Below are positions 14,331-28,100 of a stretch of 64,000 nucleotides of DNA, in pieces. Location of the stretch: assembly GCF_009914755.1 (NCBI RefSeq), contig NC_060936.1; one strand, written 5' to 3'. Numbering within the stretch: the first letter of the stretch is position 1; every line of letters starts with the position of its first letter. This DNA is from the human T2T-CHM13v2.0 reference genome, Homo sapiens. The translations under genes and the position numbers were made by a program. The notes beneath the pieces are model-generated. The model was given only the letters and a program-made list of their open reading frames with translations, had not been told where the DNA came from and searched no databases.

Positions 14331-16311
14331 TACACCATGACCAAGTAGGGTTTATTCCTGGAATCCAAGAATGGTTTAACAAGTGAAAACCAGTTAATGT
14401 GATACATCATATTAACAGAAAAAAAGAATAACAATCACATAACTATCTCAATAGATGCAGAAAATTTACTTCACAAAATTTAACACCCTTTCATTGATAA
14501 AAACACTCAGCAAACTTGAAGTAGAAGAAAATTGTCTCAACATAATAGAGGTTATATATGAAGAATCACTGCTAACATTATACTCAACAGTGAAAAGCTG
14601 AAAGCTTTTTTACTAAGAATGAGGTGGAAGGGAACTTTTTCAATCTGATAAAGAACAAGTACCAAAAATTTACTTCTACTATCACACTAAAAAACATAAC
14701 CAAAAATGGAGGCAGACCTCTGGCCATGATGGAGTATTTCTCCTAGTTCCTACCATTTTAAAACTATAAACCCTGGACATAATACAATAAAATAGCATAG
14801 GAAAACTTTGAAATTGGGAATATGTATCTGCATTTATCTAATATTTTATCTAATATTGTATTGGATGCTCTAGCCCATGCAAGAAGGTAAGAAAGTGAAA
14901 AAAGAAAAAAGAAACTCCATACAAATTAGAAAGGACAATATATTATTGCATAGAAATTCCCAAATTATTTATAAAGGAGTACTAGAACTAGGTGAGTTTA
15001 GCAATAATGAAAGCTATATCAGTGATGTGCTATACATGATTGTATATATCTGGATCTTTTATTAATATCCATACACACACAGATGTATATATACATATAA
15101 ATACATATATAATGAGACACTTGGACTTTACAGTTTTTTGAAAAAATTAAAATATCCCAAACCTTAAAACACTTAGAGATGAATTTTACAGTATTTGCCC
15201 AACTTTTAAACTGAAAACTACAAAGCATTACAAAGATGCATTAACAAAGCCTTTAATACATGGAGAAGTATGCATGTTCATGGATCAGAAGACTAAATAG
15301 CAAAAACTGATAATTCTTTTCAACTCGATTTATAGGTGCAAAGTTAACCCAATAAAATTATTTAATTTTTGTAGAAATTGGCAAACTGCTAATCATGGAG
15401 CATTATGATTGGGAATGCAAAGGATCTAGAATAGTCAAAATAATTTTGAAAATAACACAGTTGGAGGATTAATGCTACGTAATTTCAAAGATTTATTATA
15501 AAAGTGTTGTATTCAAGTTAGTGAGGTATTGGTGTAAAGATGCACATATAGAACTATGAAACAGAATAGAGATTCCAGGAGTGGAACCATGCAGATATGG
15601 ACAATTTATTTTCAACATAGGTGCCAAGAGAATGTAATTAGTAATAGATATAAAAAATTCTTTCAACCAATAGTGCTGGAAAAATTGAGCATCCATATGG
15701 TAGAAAATGAATTTAAAATGTTACCTCACTCCATATTTCAAAGTTAACTTGAAATAATCATAGAATTAGGATATCTAAAACTTTAAAAAATTATAGAATA
15801 AAATATAGAAGAAAATTTTTGTAACTTGGGTTCAGTAGAACTCTTAGAACAAAGTTAATCACAAATTATAAAATAAAACAATTAATAAGTTAGAATTTAT
15901 TCAAAATTAAAACTGCTGTTCTTCCAGAGATGCTCTGAAAAAAATTAAAAACATAAAGTTTTATTTTACTAGAAATATTTGCAAAATACATTTAAGGACA
16001 TACCCACAATATGTAAAGAAATCATACAATTAAATATTAATAGGACAAAGCATCCTTGAAAAATTGAATAAATGATATGGATAGCTTCTTTGCCAAGGAA
16101 GTTATATGGATGACAAAAATACATATGAAGATATGCTAAAATCATTAGCTATCAGGAAAATACAAATTAAAACCATAAGTGAGATACCACTAAACACTTA
16201 CCTATCTGAAAAGTTACAATTTAAAAGACAACAACCCCAAGTGCTGGTGGGGGCATAGAACACCTGGAAATCTCACACACTGATAATAAGAATGCTAAAC
16301 AGTACAGCCAC

Positions 16312-16672
16312 TATTATGAATTGAATTGTGTGCCCTCAATTGGAAAAAGGATCATTGCAGATGTAATTAGCTAAGTTAAGATGAGGTCCTAAGGTTAGGA
16401 CCTAATGCAACATGACTGGTGTCCTTATAAAAAGAAATTAGTAGACAAGTCAGGCATAGAGGAAAGATGATGTGAAGAGATATAAGGAGAACATGACCAT
16501 CTACAATCCAAGTAGAGAGACTTTGTAAATTCTTCCTTCACAAGCATCAGAAATAACCAAAACTGCCAAGACACTGATTTCAAGCTTACGTCCTGAAGAA
16601 CTGTAAGACAATACATTTTCTGTTTTTTAAGCAACTCGATATGTGGTACTTTGTTACAGTAGCACTACAGTA
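16312..16672 (+). mobile_element. MLT1A/B-type MaLR solo LTR nested in L1
   Basis: tgaattgtgtgccc...ttgcagatgtaattag...taagatgaggtc...gaactgtaagacaataca...ggtactttgttacag; gccac on both flanks (16307-16311, 16673-16677). Confidence 0.85.
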
Positions 16673-17830
16673 GCCACTTGGAATAAGTTTTGTGGATTTT
16701 GTAATAAAGTTAAACACATCCTTACTATACTAAAAATCTCAGTCTTAGATGGTCCCAACATAACTGATAATATACACTCACTAACTGATTCATAAGGGAA
16801 TGTTCATAGCAGCTTTATTCATATTAGCCCCAAACTGGAAACAACCAGTGCATTAGCTGGTAAATATAAAAACTAATTGTAATATGTCTATACAATGGAA
16901 TGCTACTCAGCAACAAAATGGAAGAAACTAGTGATACACACAAAAAGCATGGAGGGATCTCGATGATATGCTAAATGAAAGAATTATGTGATGCCATTTT
17001 ATGATAGTCTGGGAAAGACAAATGTATGGGAATAGTCAGGAAACCAATTTTTAGCAGGTTCTGGATGAGGAAAGGGATTACTATACCCAGGCAAAAAAGC
17101 TTTTCAAGGTTATGGACATATTCTATATTTTGTTCGTGATGATTGTTACATACCTGTATAAGATTTTTAAAATTACATTAAATAGTATATTTAAAATGGT
17201 TAACTTTAGTTTACATACATTTTTACCTCCATAAACTTTTCCAAACGTACTCCATAAAGGACATAGGTTGTATTTTTGTGCCTTAGTTTCTTTCTGGATC
17301 TTTGTTTTCTTTACAAGTAAAAACAAAAAACCATGTTTTTGCTTTCTGAAAGTTGAGTATATGTAGTCTTATTGGATCTGCCACACCATACATGCTGCAG
17401 TGACTTGTAAATAAAATAGGTTTAATTGTTAAATTAACAAGTGCAACCAAAGCAGTAATAGAGTAAACCAGAAACAAGTGAGAAAAATCTATCAAAAATG
17501 GTAATGTTTTTGATAAGGAAAAAAGCACATATTCTTCATACTCATAATGCACATTAGGCAGAAAAAGTAAAAACAGTTACAGAAAATATATTATGAGGCT
17601 GGAGTTACTCTGCTAGTTCTACGAACAGTTAACTGTATTTGCTTATTCAAGTAATATTTTTCTGAGAGTTTAGGTTCCTCATTGGAATAACGAGAGGCTA
17701 GAGTAATAATGTCTAAATTTTTTACCAACCCTACACAGGCAGATAGACTTAGGATCTCAAAATTTAGATTGGCAGGACATATCAGTACAACCTCAATGAT
17801 AAGAGAGTGACCTGTTAGGTCTTACAGTAC

Positions 17831-17878
17831 ACCTACCTACCTATTTACCTACCTACCTACCTAACTACCTATTTACCG
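17831..17878. repeat. (CCTA)n tetranucleotide repeat, imperfect
   Basis: acctacctacctatttacctacctacctacc is directly visible. Confidence 0.85.
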
Positions 17879-18051
17879 TGAGATGTGGTAGAGATACAGA
17901 ATTCTTAAAACAGATTTTGAGAATTTTAAGAACAATAAACTCAACTTCAACAGCACTGCCATAAAAAAGCTTAAAGAATTGGTGAAGTGAAAAAAAATTA
18001 TTAAATAAAAGCATAAATAATTGGTGAAAGCGACTTATAAACAAAAGAAAT

Positions 18052-18331
18052 GGCTGGACGTGGTGGCTCATGCCTGTAGTCCTAGCACTTTGGGAGGCCA
18101 GGCGGGGAGATCACCTGAGGTCAGCAGTCCGAGACCAGCCTGGCCAACATGGTGAAACCCCGTCTCTATTAAAAATACAAAATTAGCCAGACATGGTGCC
18201 GCATGACTGTAATCCCAGGTACCCAGCAGGCTGAGGCACAAGAATCACAGGAACCCAGGAGACAGAGGCTGGAATGAGCCGAGACCCTGCCACTGCACTC
18301 CAGCCTGGGCAACAGAGTGAGGCTTCGTCTC
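18052..18331 (+). mobile_element. AluS-type SINE whose tail is split by an L1PA insertion
   Basis: Alu body with gatcacctgaggtcag; outer TSD aaaagaaat at 18043-18051 and 18816-18824. Confidence 0.9.
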
Positions 18332-18332
18332 A

Positions 18333-18800
18333 ATGTTTATTGTGGCACTATTCACAATAGCAAAGACTTGGAACAAACCCAAATGTCCAACAATGATAGA
18401 CTGGATTAAGAAAATGTGGCACATATACACCATGGAATACTATGCAGCCATAAAAAATGATGAGTTCATGTCCTTTGTAGGGACATGGATGAAATTGGAA
18501 ATCATCATTCTCAGTAAACTATCACAAGAACAAAAAACCAAACACCACATATTCTCACTCATAGGTGGGAATTGAACAATGAGAACACTTGGACACAGGA
18601 AGGGGAACATCACACTCTGGGTACTGTTGTGGGGTGGGGAGAGCGGGGAGGGATAGCATTAGGAGATATACCTAATGCTAAATGATGAGTTAATGGGTGC
18701 AGCACACCAGCATGGCACATGTATACATACGTAACTAACCTGCACATTGTGCATATGTACCCTAAAACTTAAAGTATAATAAAAATAAAATAAAAGAAAA
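18333..18800 (+). mobile_element. young L1PA (PA2-PA4-like) 3' end, ~450 bp, 5'-truncated
   Basis: ORF2 C-terminus (MFIVALFTIAKTWNKPKCP...LIGGN*), G-rich 3' UTR, actaacctgcacattgtg...cctaaaacttaaagtataat, then poly-A. Confidence 0.95.
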
Positions 18801-19074
18801 AATGTTAAAAAAAAAAAAAGAAATATAAATTCCAAACTAGGAAACAGAATACTTTAAAAGCATTCTTCCTTATACTAAAGACACCCTGCTGGAACTTTAC
18901 CCTCCCTCTGAAGAATCACACCTTCCATATGCTGAAGACACACTATGGGGTGTTCAGAAGGGAATTAGTGCAATATTTATTGAAAAGATTCTAAGCTGTG
19001 ACATGTAGGGAAAACCGGAAGAATGGAATCTTTCTATCCCCTAATTCCAAGGGGAGCATGCCATCTTTAAATAG

Positions 19075-19525
19075 TTAACAGCTTGCCATATGGAAGAGGG
19101 ATTAGACTTATTTATTTAAATTGTGTGACTCAAAGTTCTAAAACTGGGGCCTATGTTTACAGACAAACACAGTTTTAGGCAAACTTTCATTTGTCAAAAC
19201 TGTCTAAAAGTAAATACAGATGCTTGGAGAACTGGTTGAAAATCACATCACAGGAGTTATTCAAGCATGGGATGTATGGCTATGTTTTATGTGAATTTAT
19301 AAGAATCAACTGGGTGGTTGGAAAAGATCAGATTCCAGGTTTTTTCCAATGCAAATGTTCTAAGAGTCCCTGATAATTATTTTCTGCTACGTAAGTAAGA
19401 GCACGTACTGAAATTAGAGAGAAGGCAAATTTCTGTTCAAGATAAGTAAGAACTTGCTAAGAATTATGCCTGTACAATGATCTAATGTGTTCTCTCAGTA
19501 GTAAACCTCATTCCCTGCTAGTAGA
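19075..19525 (+). mobile_element. L3/CR1 ancient LINE fragments
   Basis: gccatatggaagaggggattagactt and aaatttctgttcaagataagtaagaacttgctaa resemble CR1/L3 3' motifs. Confidence 0.55.
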
Positions 19526-20134
19526 AATGTCAAGGTATATTCACTGTTTAAGATCATTTGTAAGTCCCCTGACTGCTATTAAAATAAAAATATTCTGCCT
19601 GGTATTCAGGCCCTTTCTGGAGGGCCCTGCTCTATCAATCTGTGTTTATTTCTATTTCCCAAGTCAGTCTCTACTGTAGATAAATTTCTATTTATATGAT
19701 TGCTTACATATTGTTTCCATCATTACATCTCTGATTATGATGTACTCCTAAAGAAGAATAACCTCTCTTTTACTTCTTCTGTGCGAATCTCACAGATTTG
19801 TCAAAAAACAGTTCAACTCCAGTCTGTTTCTGGAAGCCTTCCCTGACTCATGCCATCATGCTGATTTTTCCACTGCAGAGTGCTGCCTATTTCATAAATC
19901 TGTTTCTCCAAAACAAAATCAATTGCTTTCTAATACTTTATTAGTGTATATTCTCTATTCTCAATTTAAAGTCAGTAACCAAATCATATCACTCCTGTAT
20001 GATTTGACACAGAATTGGTATTTGGTAAACGCTTGCTGTTGCTTTTAACAGAATCCTGGAAATCTAATCATATCCATCCTCTGGCTAAAAATATTTTAAA
20101 TATCATAGTTACTTAATATGTTACAGTCATCTTG

Positions 20135-20550
20135 CATTATTTACCTGTTGCTGGGTAACAGAATATCCTAAAACTTTGGCGTTAAAAACATAAATATTTA
20201 TTCTCTTGTACAATTTCTGAAAGTTGGGTATCTGGAAATGGCTTCGCTGGATAGTTCTGGCTCAAGGTCTCCCACAAAGTTGCAGTCAAGTATCCACTAG
20301 GGCTGAAGTTGTCTGAAGGCTTTACAGGAGCAGAAGGATTTGCTTACAAAGTGGCTTACAACTGTACAGTCCTGAATTTCTTGCTGGCTGTTGATGGGTC
20401 TCAGGTTTTTGTCATGTGGATCTCTCCACAGAGCAACTTGAGTATCCTCATGGCATGGGCAGCTAATTTAAACCAGAGTAAGATGTCCAAGAGAGACAAA
20501 CAGGAAGTTACCTTGCCTTTTATAGCCTAGTGTCAAAAGTCACATACTTG
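20135..20550 (-). mobile_element. MLT1F/G/H-type MaLR LTR
   Basis: gttgctgggtaaca...gttctggctcaaggtctcccacaaagttgcagtcaag...ttgagtatcctcatggcatgg...aagtcacatac. Confidence 0.8.
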
Positions 20551-22870
20551 CTAGCATACCTCTCCTACTAAATGTTTGATATAATCGAACTTATGAAGTG
20601 TTTATGCACACTTCACATAATTATAAAATAATAACAGATCAAATTATTTTTGCTATTTTTTCTTGCAATTCTATGTATTTTCAATTTTCTTAGATGAATT
20701 GATTAATTTTTAAAATATTTTGACTTTTTAATGGATAATGAAAGAAACTGGAAAAATAAAGGAAGTTAAGTAAAGAAAAGGACAAAGAGCTTAATTTAGA
20801 GCTTTAAATTTGATTCTGTATTTTCATGTGAATTGTACTCTTATGGAATAAAGTGAAAATTTAAGAGCTTAAATTTAATTAAGACAGAGGAAGTGATCTT
20901 AATAGGTACTAGAGTACTTTCCTCATAATAGTTGCAAAAGTTAAATATATTTTCTAGAAACTCAAAACATATTTTTTCATATCAGTGAAAAAAACATTTT
21001 TAAACAATAAATGAGAAAAATAAATGATTATAACTATTAGTGTTGCTTTAAAATATGCAATCAAGTTTCAAAGTTTCCTGAACTGAAAATCATTTTTTCA
21101 TGTAAATTAAAAATTAAATTATCTTAGTCTTAACAATTATTGACATTCAAGACTTTGTCCAATTTAGATCTCCTTGAATCTGAATTTCCTTTTGTTTTAA
21201 ATCTTCTCCTATGAATACCCAAATATTTCCTTCTTCCTGTTAGCTGACCATTCCCTCTGAAGTTGATTACTTCATACTCCAAATTCTACTTCACTTATTG
21301 CCTGTACCACTTACATACTTTTCATTTACTAGACATTGTCCCCTTTTACATTTTTGGGTGTAACATTTCATCTTCCCAGCTAAAATGTTATTTCTAGCAG
21401 ATAATAATTGTACTCCTGACACTTAAAACTGTGCCTAGTGCTCGTTAGGTTTCTGCAAATGTTTACGGAAATGAAATATCCTTGCCTTACTCCAGATTTT
21501 ATCCTAAATTTAGAACTCCATGTATGTCCTTGTAAACCTATATATCACATTTTCTTTGTATAAAAGGTGTGTTTACTTATATTGTTGCTATTACACAATT
21601 AATCCTTTATTAAACTTTTAAATAACTATTAGGATATTTCTACACCCATCAGCTGTCCTCTACTGTGCAGTTATTTATGAAATGATATTATATATTCTAG
21701 TGGGAAGTGCTTTCTGAATTAAAAAAAAAAAACATAAATTAAGTTCACCTTTGCTGTAGTATTGTGTAATTGTATTTTATTATGTTTCAAATAGAAATTC
21801 TATGTATGATAATTCAGTATCCCTTTGTCCTTCTTCATGGAACCCTACCCTAGCTTTTTGGGGGAAGGATTTCTCTTCATTTCTTAGTCCTTGTGCTTCA
21901 GAAAGTGCTTCCCTCCTGGCTAGCAGAGAATGGTTCTAAGGCCTAAACCAAGGAGATCATCATAGAGTAATCAGTTAAGTGATAGTCACCACATAATCAT
22001 TGTTTCAAAACCAATGAGAATCAAGATGTGGCTAGAAAAGATATTCCTATTTTTCCCTTATGAGATTGGAAGTGGAAAGAATATGAAATAATGTATCCCA
22101 GTATCTTTACAGCCATGAGAAATGACTGTCTTAGAAGCAAATCACTGTGGAAAAGAAACAATGAGGAGATAGAAAAAAACCAGTTCATTTTATGGTTTGA
22201 ACCACTGGTCTATATATGACTCATACAGAAATCAAATACCAAATTTTTCTATTGTTCCAGATGCAGCTTGCTCACCATGCCTGTTCAATATATTAACTAA
22301 CAGTTAAATAATTTTTTTACTTTTATTTTTTGGTGTTTGGAGACATGACAAATATTTTTTTCTCAGTGCTGTCAGTGACTTTTCTTATCTTTTATGAAGT
22401 CTATTAGCTAAGTAGATCAGACTTCATTACAATTAGTAATTTTTTCTATCTGCCTTATCAAGTAACTAATTACCAATATGCTCTGGCTGTGGTCACTTTT
22501 TAAACACATGTTTGTTTACAGCTTCAAAAGCTTAGCAAACATATAAAAACATTTTCTTCCTACATAACTATCTCTAAGCAATTTGAATGAAGTCTACAAA
22601 TGAAGAGGTGGCTTTATTCTGGGATATAGCTAGGGAAAGCCCATGTTCAATACGGAATCAAGAAAGGTGACTTGGCTTTTGATGGAGAAGAACACTATGA
22701 ACCTGGATCATTGCAGTGTATTGGAATCTATATTAAAGTCAGATACCAGCCCATGTCAATTCACTCTATAGTTATATATATTATATATATTTATACTAAT
22801 TTTGTCATATTTACCTTGTATGAGGTCATCTCACCCAAATCAAATTGGTTGAGTTGCTTCAGATAGACAT

Positions 22871-23276
22871 TATATTAGTCAGGATTCTCCAGAGAAATAG
22901 AAACAATAGGATGCCTGTGTGTATATAAAGAAGAGAGGTTTATTTTAAGGAATGGGCTCATGTAATTATGGAAGCTGACAAGTCCAAAACCTGCAGTGTG
23001 GATAGGGAAGAGCAAATGTCATTCAATTCCGAAGGCCATCTGCTGGCAGAAGTCTCTCTTGCTCAAGGGAAGTCACTCTTTGTTCTAGTAAGGCTTTCGA
23101 TTGATTAGATGAGGGCCACCCACATTATGGAGGATAATATGCTCTTCTCAAGGTCCACTGATTTAATTGTCGGTCTCATCCAAAAAATACCCTCACAGAA
23201 ACAACCAAAATAATGTTTGACCAAATATCTGGATACTGTGGCCCAGCTAAGTTGACACATAAAAGTAACCATCACA
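22871..23276 (-). mobile_element. MLT2 (ERVL) solo LTR with 5-bp TSD
   Basis: tattagtcaggattctccagagaaa...aagttgacacataaaagtaaccatcaca; perfect TSD gacat at 22866-22870 and 23277-23281. Confidence 0.9.
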
Positions 23277-24739
23277 GACATGATAAAATAGCAAGACCAT
23301 GAAACCCCTAACATGAAATTTATTTTGACATAGCTTGCTTCATATAAACTTTACCTTCCTTTTTTGTATTCTTAATATCTATTTATGTTTGCTTACATTT
23401 CCAATTATTTGCTTATTAAGTTTGCTTTTGACCCTTGACAGAAAACTGTCTTCCTGCGAAAATTGTGAAGGTCATGTTATGTTACCACTTTTATAAAATC
23501 AATTCTGGGTTTAGTAGTCAACATTTGTTTCTCTTGCCAAAGCAATTTCTCAAGAAACATCACAGAGATTGACACCAATCCACAGGAGTCTGCCCTAAAA
23601 TTTCCACAAAGGGTTTGTGGTCTTAATAGGTCATTGGCTAAGTCCTGATGAAATTTAAAAAGGGCAAAATCTTATGTCTAAGGAATGCCTTATCTCAGTT
23701 TTTAAAGTCTACACATCTTAAAGGATTCAAAATCATTTGAATTGTTAACTTTTTTATAAGTCTAGCTTAGCTGTATTTCAACCTACTGTAAATACCATAT
23801 TAAAAATAACTAGAGTGAATTTAACATTTTCCATGTAATGATTTCCTGGGTTCATTACCTTTTACTAGAGAAGTGCTTTGATGTAATAGATAGGTGTAAA
23901 CATCTAAACATCTAATATCAAGATCTCCTGGAGAAATGATTGCTTTCCTCGTGATAAACAGGTTTATCAAACTTTTATGAAAGTTCAAGATAAAGTTCAA
24001 AACCTCAAAAAAGAACTGTAACTTCCAACCTGATGGAGGTGAATTTCTTGCTCTTTAACTATCTTTTAATTTGTCTTCCTTTAATGCAATCTTTATAATA
24101 TCTTGAATTGCATGATCTAGCACTATAGAACACTTTGGAAAAAAGTTTCCAGGAAATAATTCTACCTGCTTCATTGAATTACAGTACTTCCTCAGTCATA
24201 TCACATCTGTGATGCCACTAACACCTGCACCACACTTACATTGGTGAATTGCTGTTGCCTGTTCTGTGACTTAGTAGTACAGAATATACAGCATATGTTG
24301 GTAATTCTTTTATAATATGTTTGCAAATGTGCATACAAACGAATCCTCTTCAGGTGCAAGAGAATGAATCTATCGTGCAATTAACAGTTTGTGCTCACAC
24401 CTGCTTTAAATACCACATAGGCTTGTATTTTAATTACAAAATATGCAGTGAGACCACCTAAAGCCTCTATTCCAATATGTAGTCTAAAGAACTGGGGCGG
24501 AATCCAATCCTAAGCTTTGAGCTTTCTTTTCAAGGCCCATACATTTTACATTTAAAAAAAAACAAACATTCTTCTAATATACAATTCAACAACCTAAGCA
24601 TTAAAAATGAAATGGCATATATTTGAAAGAAAAATAGAGAAAAATAAAAACTATTGAATAATTGAATATCGGATAGTTAAAAATATGATAGAATTCCATA
24701 ACTACGTATCTATCTCACCGGGAATATAAAACTAAATCT

Positions 24740-25850
24740 TGTACCTGGCTTTTTTCAATTCTATCATTTATATCCATCAGCAGTATGTAAAAGCTATTAT
24801 TGCTCCATATCCTTGCCAATATTAAAGTCAACAGACTTAATTTTTTCTCAGTCTCATAGATATATTATTGTGGTTTTAATATGTGTTTCTTTAATACTGA
24901 TATGACTTTTATATGATGTTTGGCCATTCTTATTTCTACCTCTGTGAAATGCCTACTGCAATTTGCCCAACTGTCTTTTCACAATCTTAAATGGTGTTGT
25001 TCATCTTATGGATTTGCAAAAATAGTTTATGCTCTGTATACTATTTCCTGATTATATTACTTGCAAGTTGCTTCTCCCAGGTTGTACCTAGTCATTTAAT
25101 CATCTCTGTAGAATCTTTTTCTGAATAACAAAGCTTAACTGTAATGTAGTAAATTTATGAATATTTTCCTTTGTGATTTTTTTTATGTTTAGTACAAAAT
25201 ATTTTTAACCTAAAGTTCTAAAGTTAATATTTTATTTCCTTCCAATAGTTACAAAAATGTTTCTTCTCATCTTTCACTTCGTGATATACGTACAATTAAT
25301 TTCATTGTTTGGTGTGAGGCAGTGAACCAATCTGATATTTTCCCTCTAATGAATCATTTTCCCAGCACTATTTATTGAGTAGTTGCTCTCTTCCTGACTA
25401 AACTGAAATGTCACTTCTGTTGTACCAAGAGAGCTCATATATAGGCTGATGAGGTTTTAATCACATTGTATTACTGAATTAATAGGGTTTAATTAAAAGT
25501 AATTTTGATATCTTGTATAGCAAGTATTTTCACCACATTATTCCTCAAGAGTTATTTGGATATTTTTGATACTTTGTTCTAAAGTAGCCATTTTACAGTC
25601 AGCTTGTCAAATTATTAAAGAGGTATATGTATGCTTTCTAAACTGAGGCTGAATTAAATCTGTGTATCAATTTGTGGATAATTGCATTTGTAAAGCAATT
25701 CGTTTTGTTGTTAATATCTTTTGATGATATTTTAAATTTTTATCTGTAAAAGTCTGGAATATCTTGCATAATATTTACTACTAGGTCTCTTATTTCACAG
25801 TTGATATTTTAAATGATATAATTTGCTATCATTTTTAATTTGGCAGAAGT
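24740..25850 (-). mobile_element. old L1ME-type LINE relic (continues at ~27370-27650)
   Basis: catcagcagtatgtaaa...gctccatatccttgccaa; ttgtggttttaat; ttcccagcactatttattgag. Confidence 0.7.
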
Positions 25851-25939
25851 ATTATTGTTTGAAAATGCTTGTTATGCTCCTTGAGGAAGGGTTATATTTA
25901 CCTACATCTTTGAGATCAGGCTTGATCATTTGGCATATC

Positions 25940-26529
25940 TATATATATAGATATATATGTGCATGTACATATATGTATATGTACACACATATGTATATAC
26001 ACACATATGTGTGTACATATATGTATATGTACACACATATGTATATACACACATATGTGTATACATGTATATACACACATATGTGTATACATGTATATAT
26101 ACACGTATGTACATATATACACATCGCATATATACACATATGTACACATATATACACATATGCACACATATACACATATATGCACACATATACACATATG
26201 TATACATATACACATATGTATATATACATATACGTACATACACATATGTACACATATACACATATGTACACATATACGCATATATACATATATGTACCTA
26301 TATACATATATACCTATATACGCGTATATATGTACCTATATACGCATATATATGTACATATATACACACAAATACACATATTACATATATACACATATAT
26401 ACATATATGTGCATACATATATGTGTATATACACACATATGTACTTATGTGTGTATATATACATATATGTATATGTGTATATATGCACACATATGTATAT
26501 ATGTACATGTGTATATATATGTATATATG
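25940..26529. repeat. ~590-bp alternating purine-pyrimidine (TA/CA/TG) low-complexity array
   Basis: Directly visible; includes a 48-bp internal tandem duplication (25965-26060). It is the source of the many Y/I/H/T/C/V-rich spurious ORFs. Confidence 0.95.
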
Positions 26530-27054
26530 TTACTTCTGAGCAGAAATTTTTTAAGAGCCAGTACATGATGTGTTCTATTTCCTCTCCAGTGGTAAACTTT
26601 CACATAGATGCCGCTCTAGTATTCTGAGCTCCAGCACAAACACAATGGGGAACAGTGCCACAGCTGACCTGCAAGAACATGAAGCATGAGCAAAACAGTC
26701 ATATGCTGAGTTCTAAGCTACTGAGAACTCATTAGTTACTCCATAATTTAAGCCTGTGTTTTTCCAATGTTTTTTCATTATAAGTGACTTCACTCCAAGA
26801 GCTTTTTAGACTTTTCTTTTCAAGTAGAATTGAGTTGAGTTGGAGGCCCCAGAACAATTTTAATACCTAAGAATTTCTTCAGCTCCTAGAGCCAATTTTC
26901 ATCCCCTTGGAGGTGAAATCTGGTTATTTTAACCTGAAATATTTACTAACCCTTTGTCCTTTTAGGTCATTGAATTTTTTTTTTTTTTTTTTTTGGTATA
27001 ATGATATTATATAAAGCTGTCTTGCTTAAGTCTCCGACTCTATTTTCCTTTTAA

Positions 27055-27411
<357 letters not shown>

Positions 27412-27939
27412 TTATATATTTAATTATTTACTTTTCTTGCTCACTGGAGTAGAATCCCTCTGAAATATTTAGCAGAAAAGATGATAGTGAGTTCAATAAC
27501 TCGTCTTGATTTTAAAAGAAAATTTCTTCTATTTTTCTAATAGTACAGATATTTGCTTTATGCTTTTCCAGATACTTTATATCAAACTAATAAAATTTTC
27601 ATCTGTAAGAGTTAAGTAAGTGCTAACTTTCTTTTCAATGGTGAGCTAAAATATATTGGTTTAAATAAGAGAGTTGTTTTAATCTCTCAAAGAACTATTC
27701 AATGAAAATTTGGCATCTTTAACACATCTCAGATCACTCAAATTATTTCTCATTCATTTTACTTATTTTATTCTCCCCAACCATTTTGTATTTAGAAAAA
27801 CATTAAATTTACACAAAAGCTGAAGAAACAGTACAATGTATACCAATATGCCCATATACTCTTCACATATGGTCAACAGATGTGAATATTTTTCTACACT
27901 GACTTGGTTTCTCTGATATCTATCTATGCATCTATCTGT

Positions 27940-27943
<4 letters not shown>

Positions 27944-27989
<46 letters not shown>

Positions 27990-28100
27990 TAGTTATCTGC
28001 CATAACTACAGATATATATGTAGTTATAATGTATGATTACCTACTCTTATGTATATAGCCAGCTATCTATCTATCTATCTATCTATCATCTATCTATCCA
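27944..28100. repeat. (TA)n and (TATC)n microsatellites
   Basis: About 20 TA units at 27944-27985 and a TATC array at ~28063-28098. Confidence 0.9.

Larger units (their letters stand above)
13370..17230 (+). mobile_element. fragmented old L1M (ORF2 to 3' UTR), interrupted by several inserts
   Basis: ORF2 motifs (ccatgaccaagtagggtttattcctggaatccaagaatggttt; caatagatgcagaaaa; atgttcatggatcagaagact) and 3' UTR motif (atgttcatagcagctttattc). Confidence 0.8.

Noticed and set aside
25823-26627. Overlapping 200+ aa ORFs on both strands
   Set aside because: Artefact of a stop-free TA/CA/TG repeat; low-complexity translations with no gene structure.
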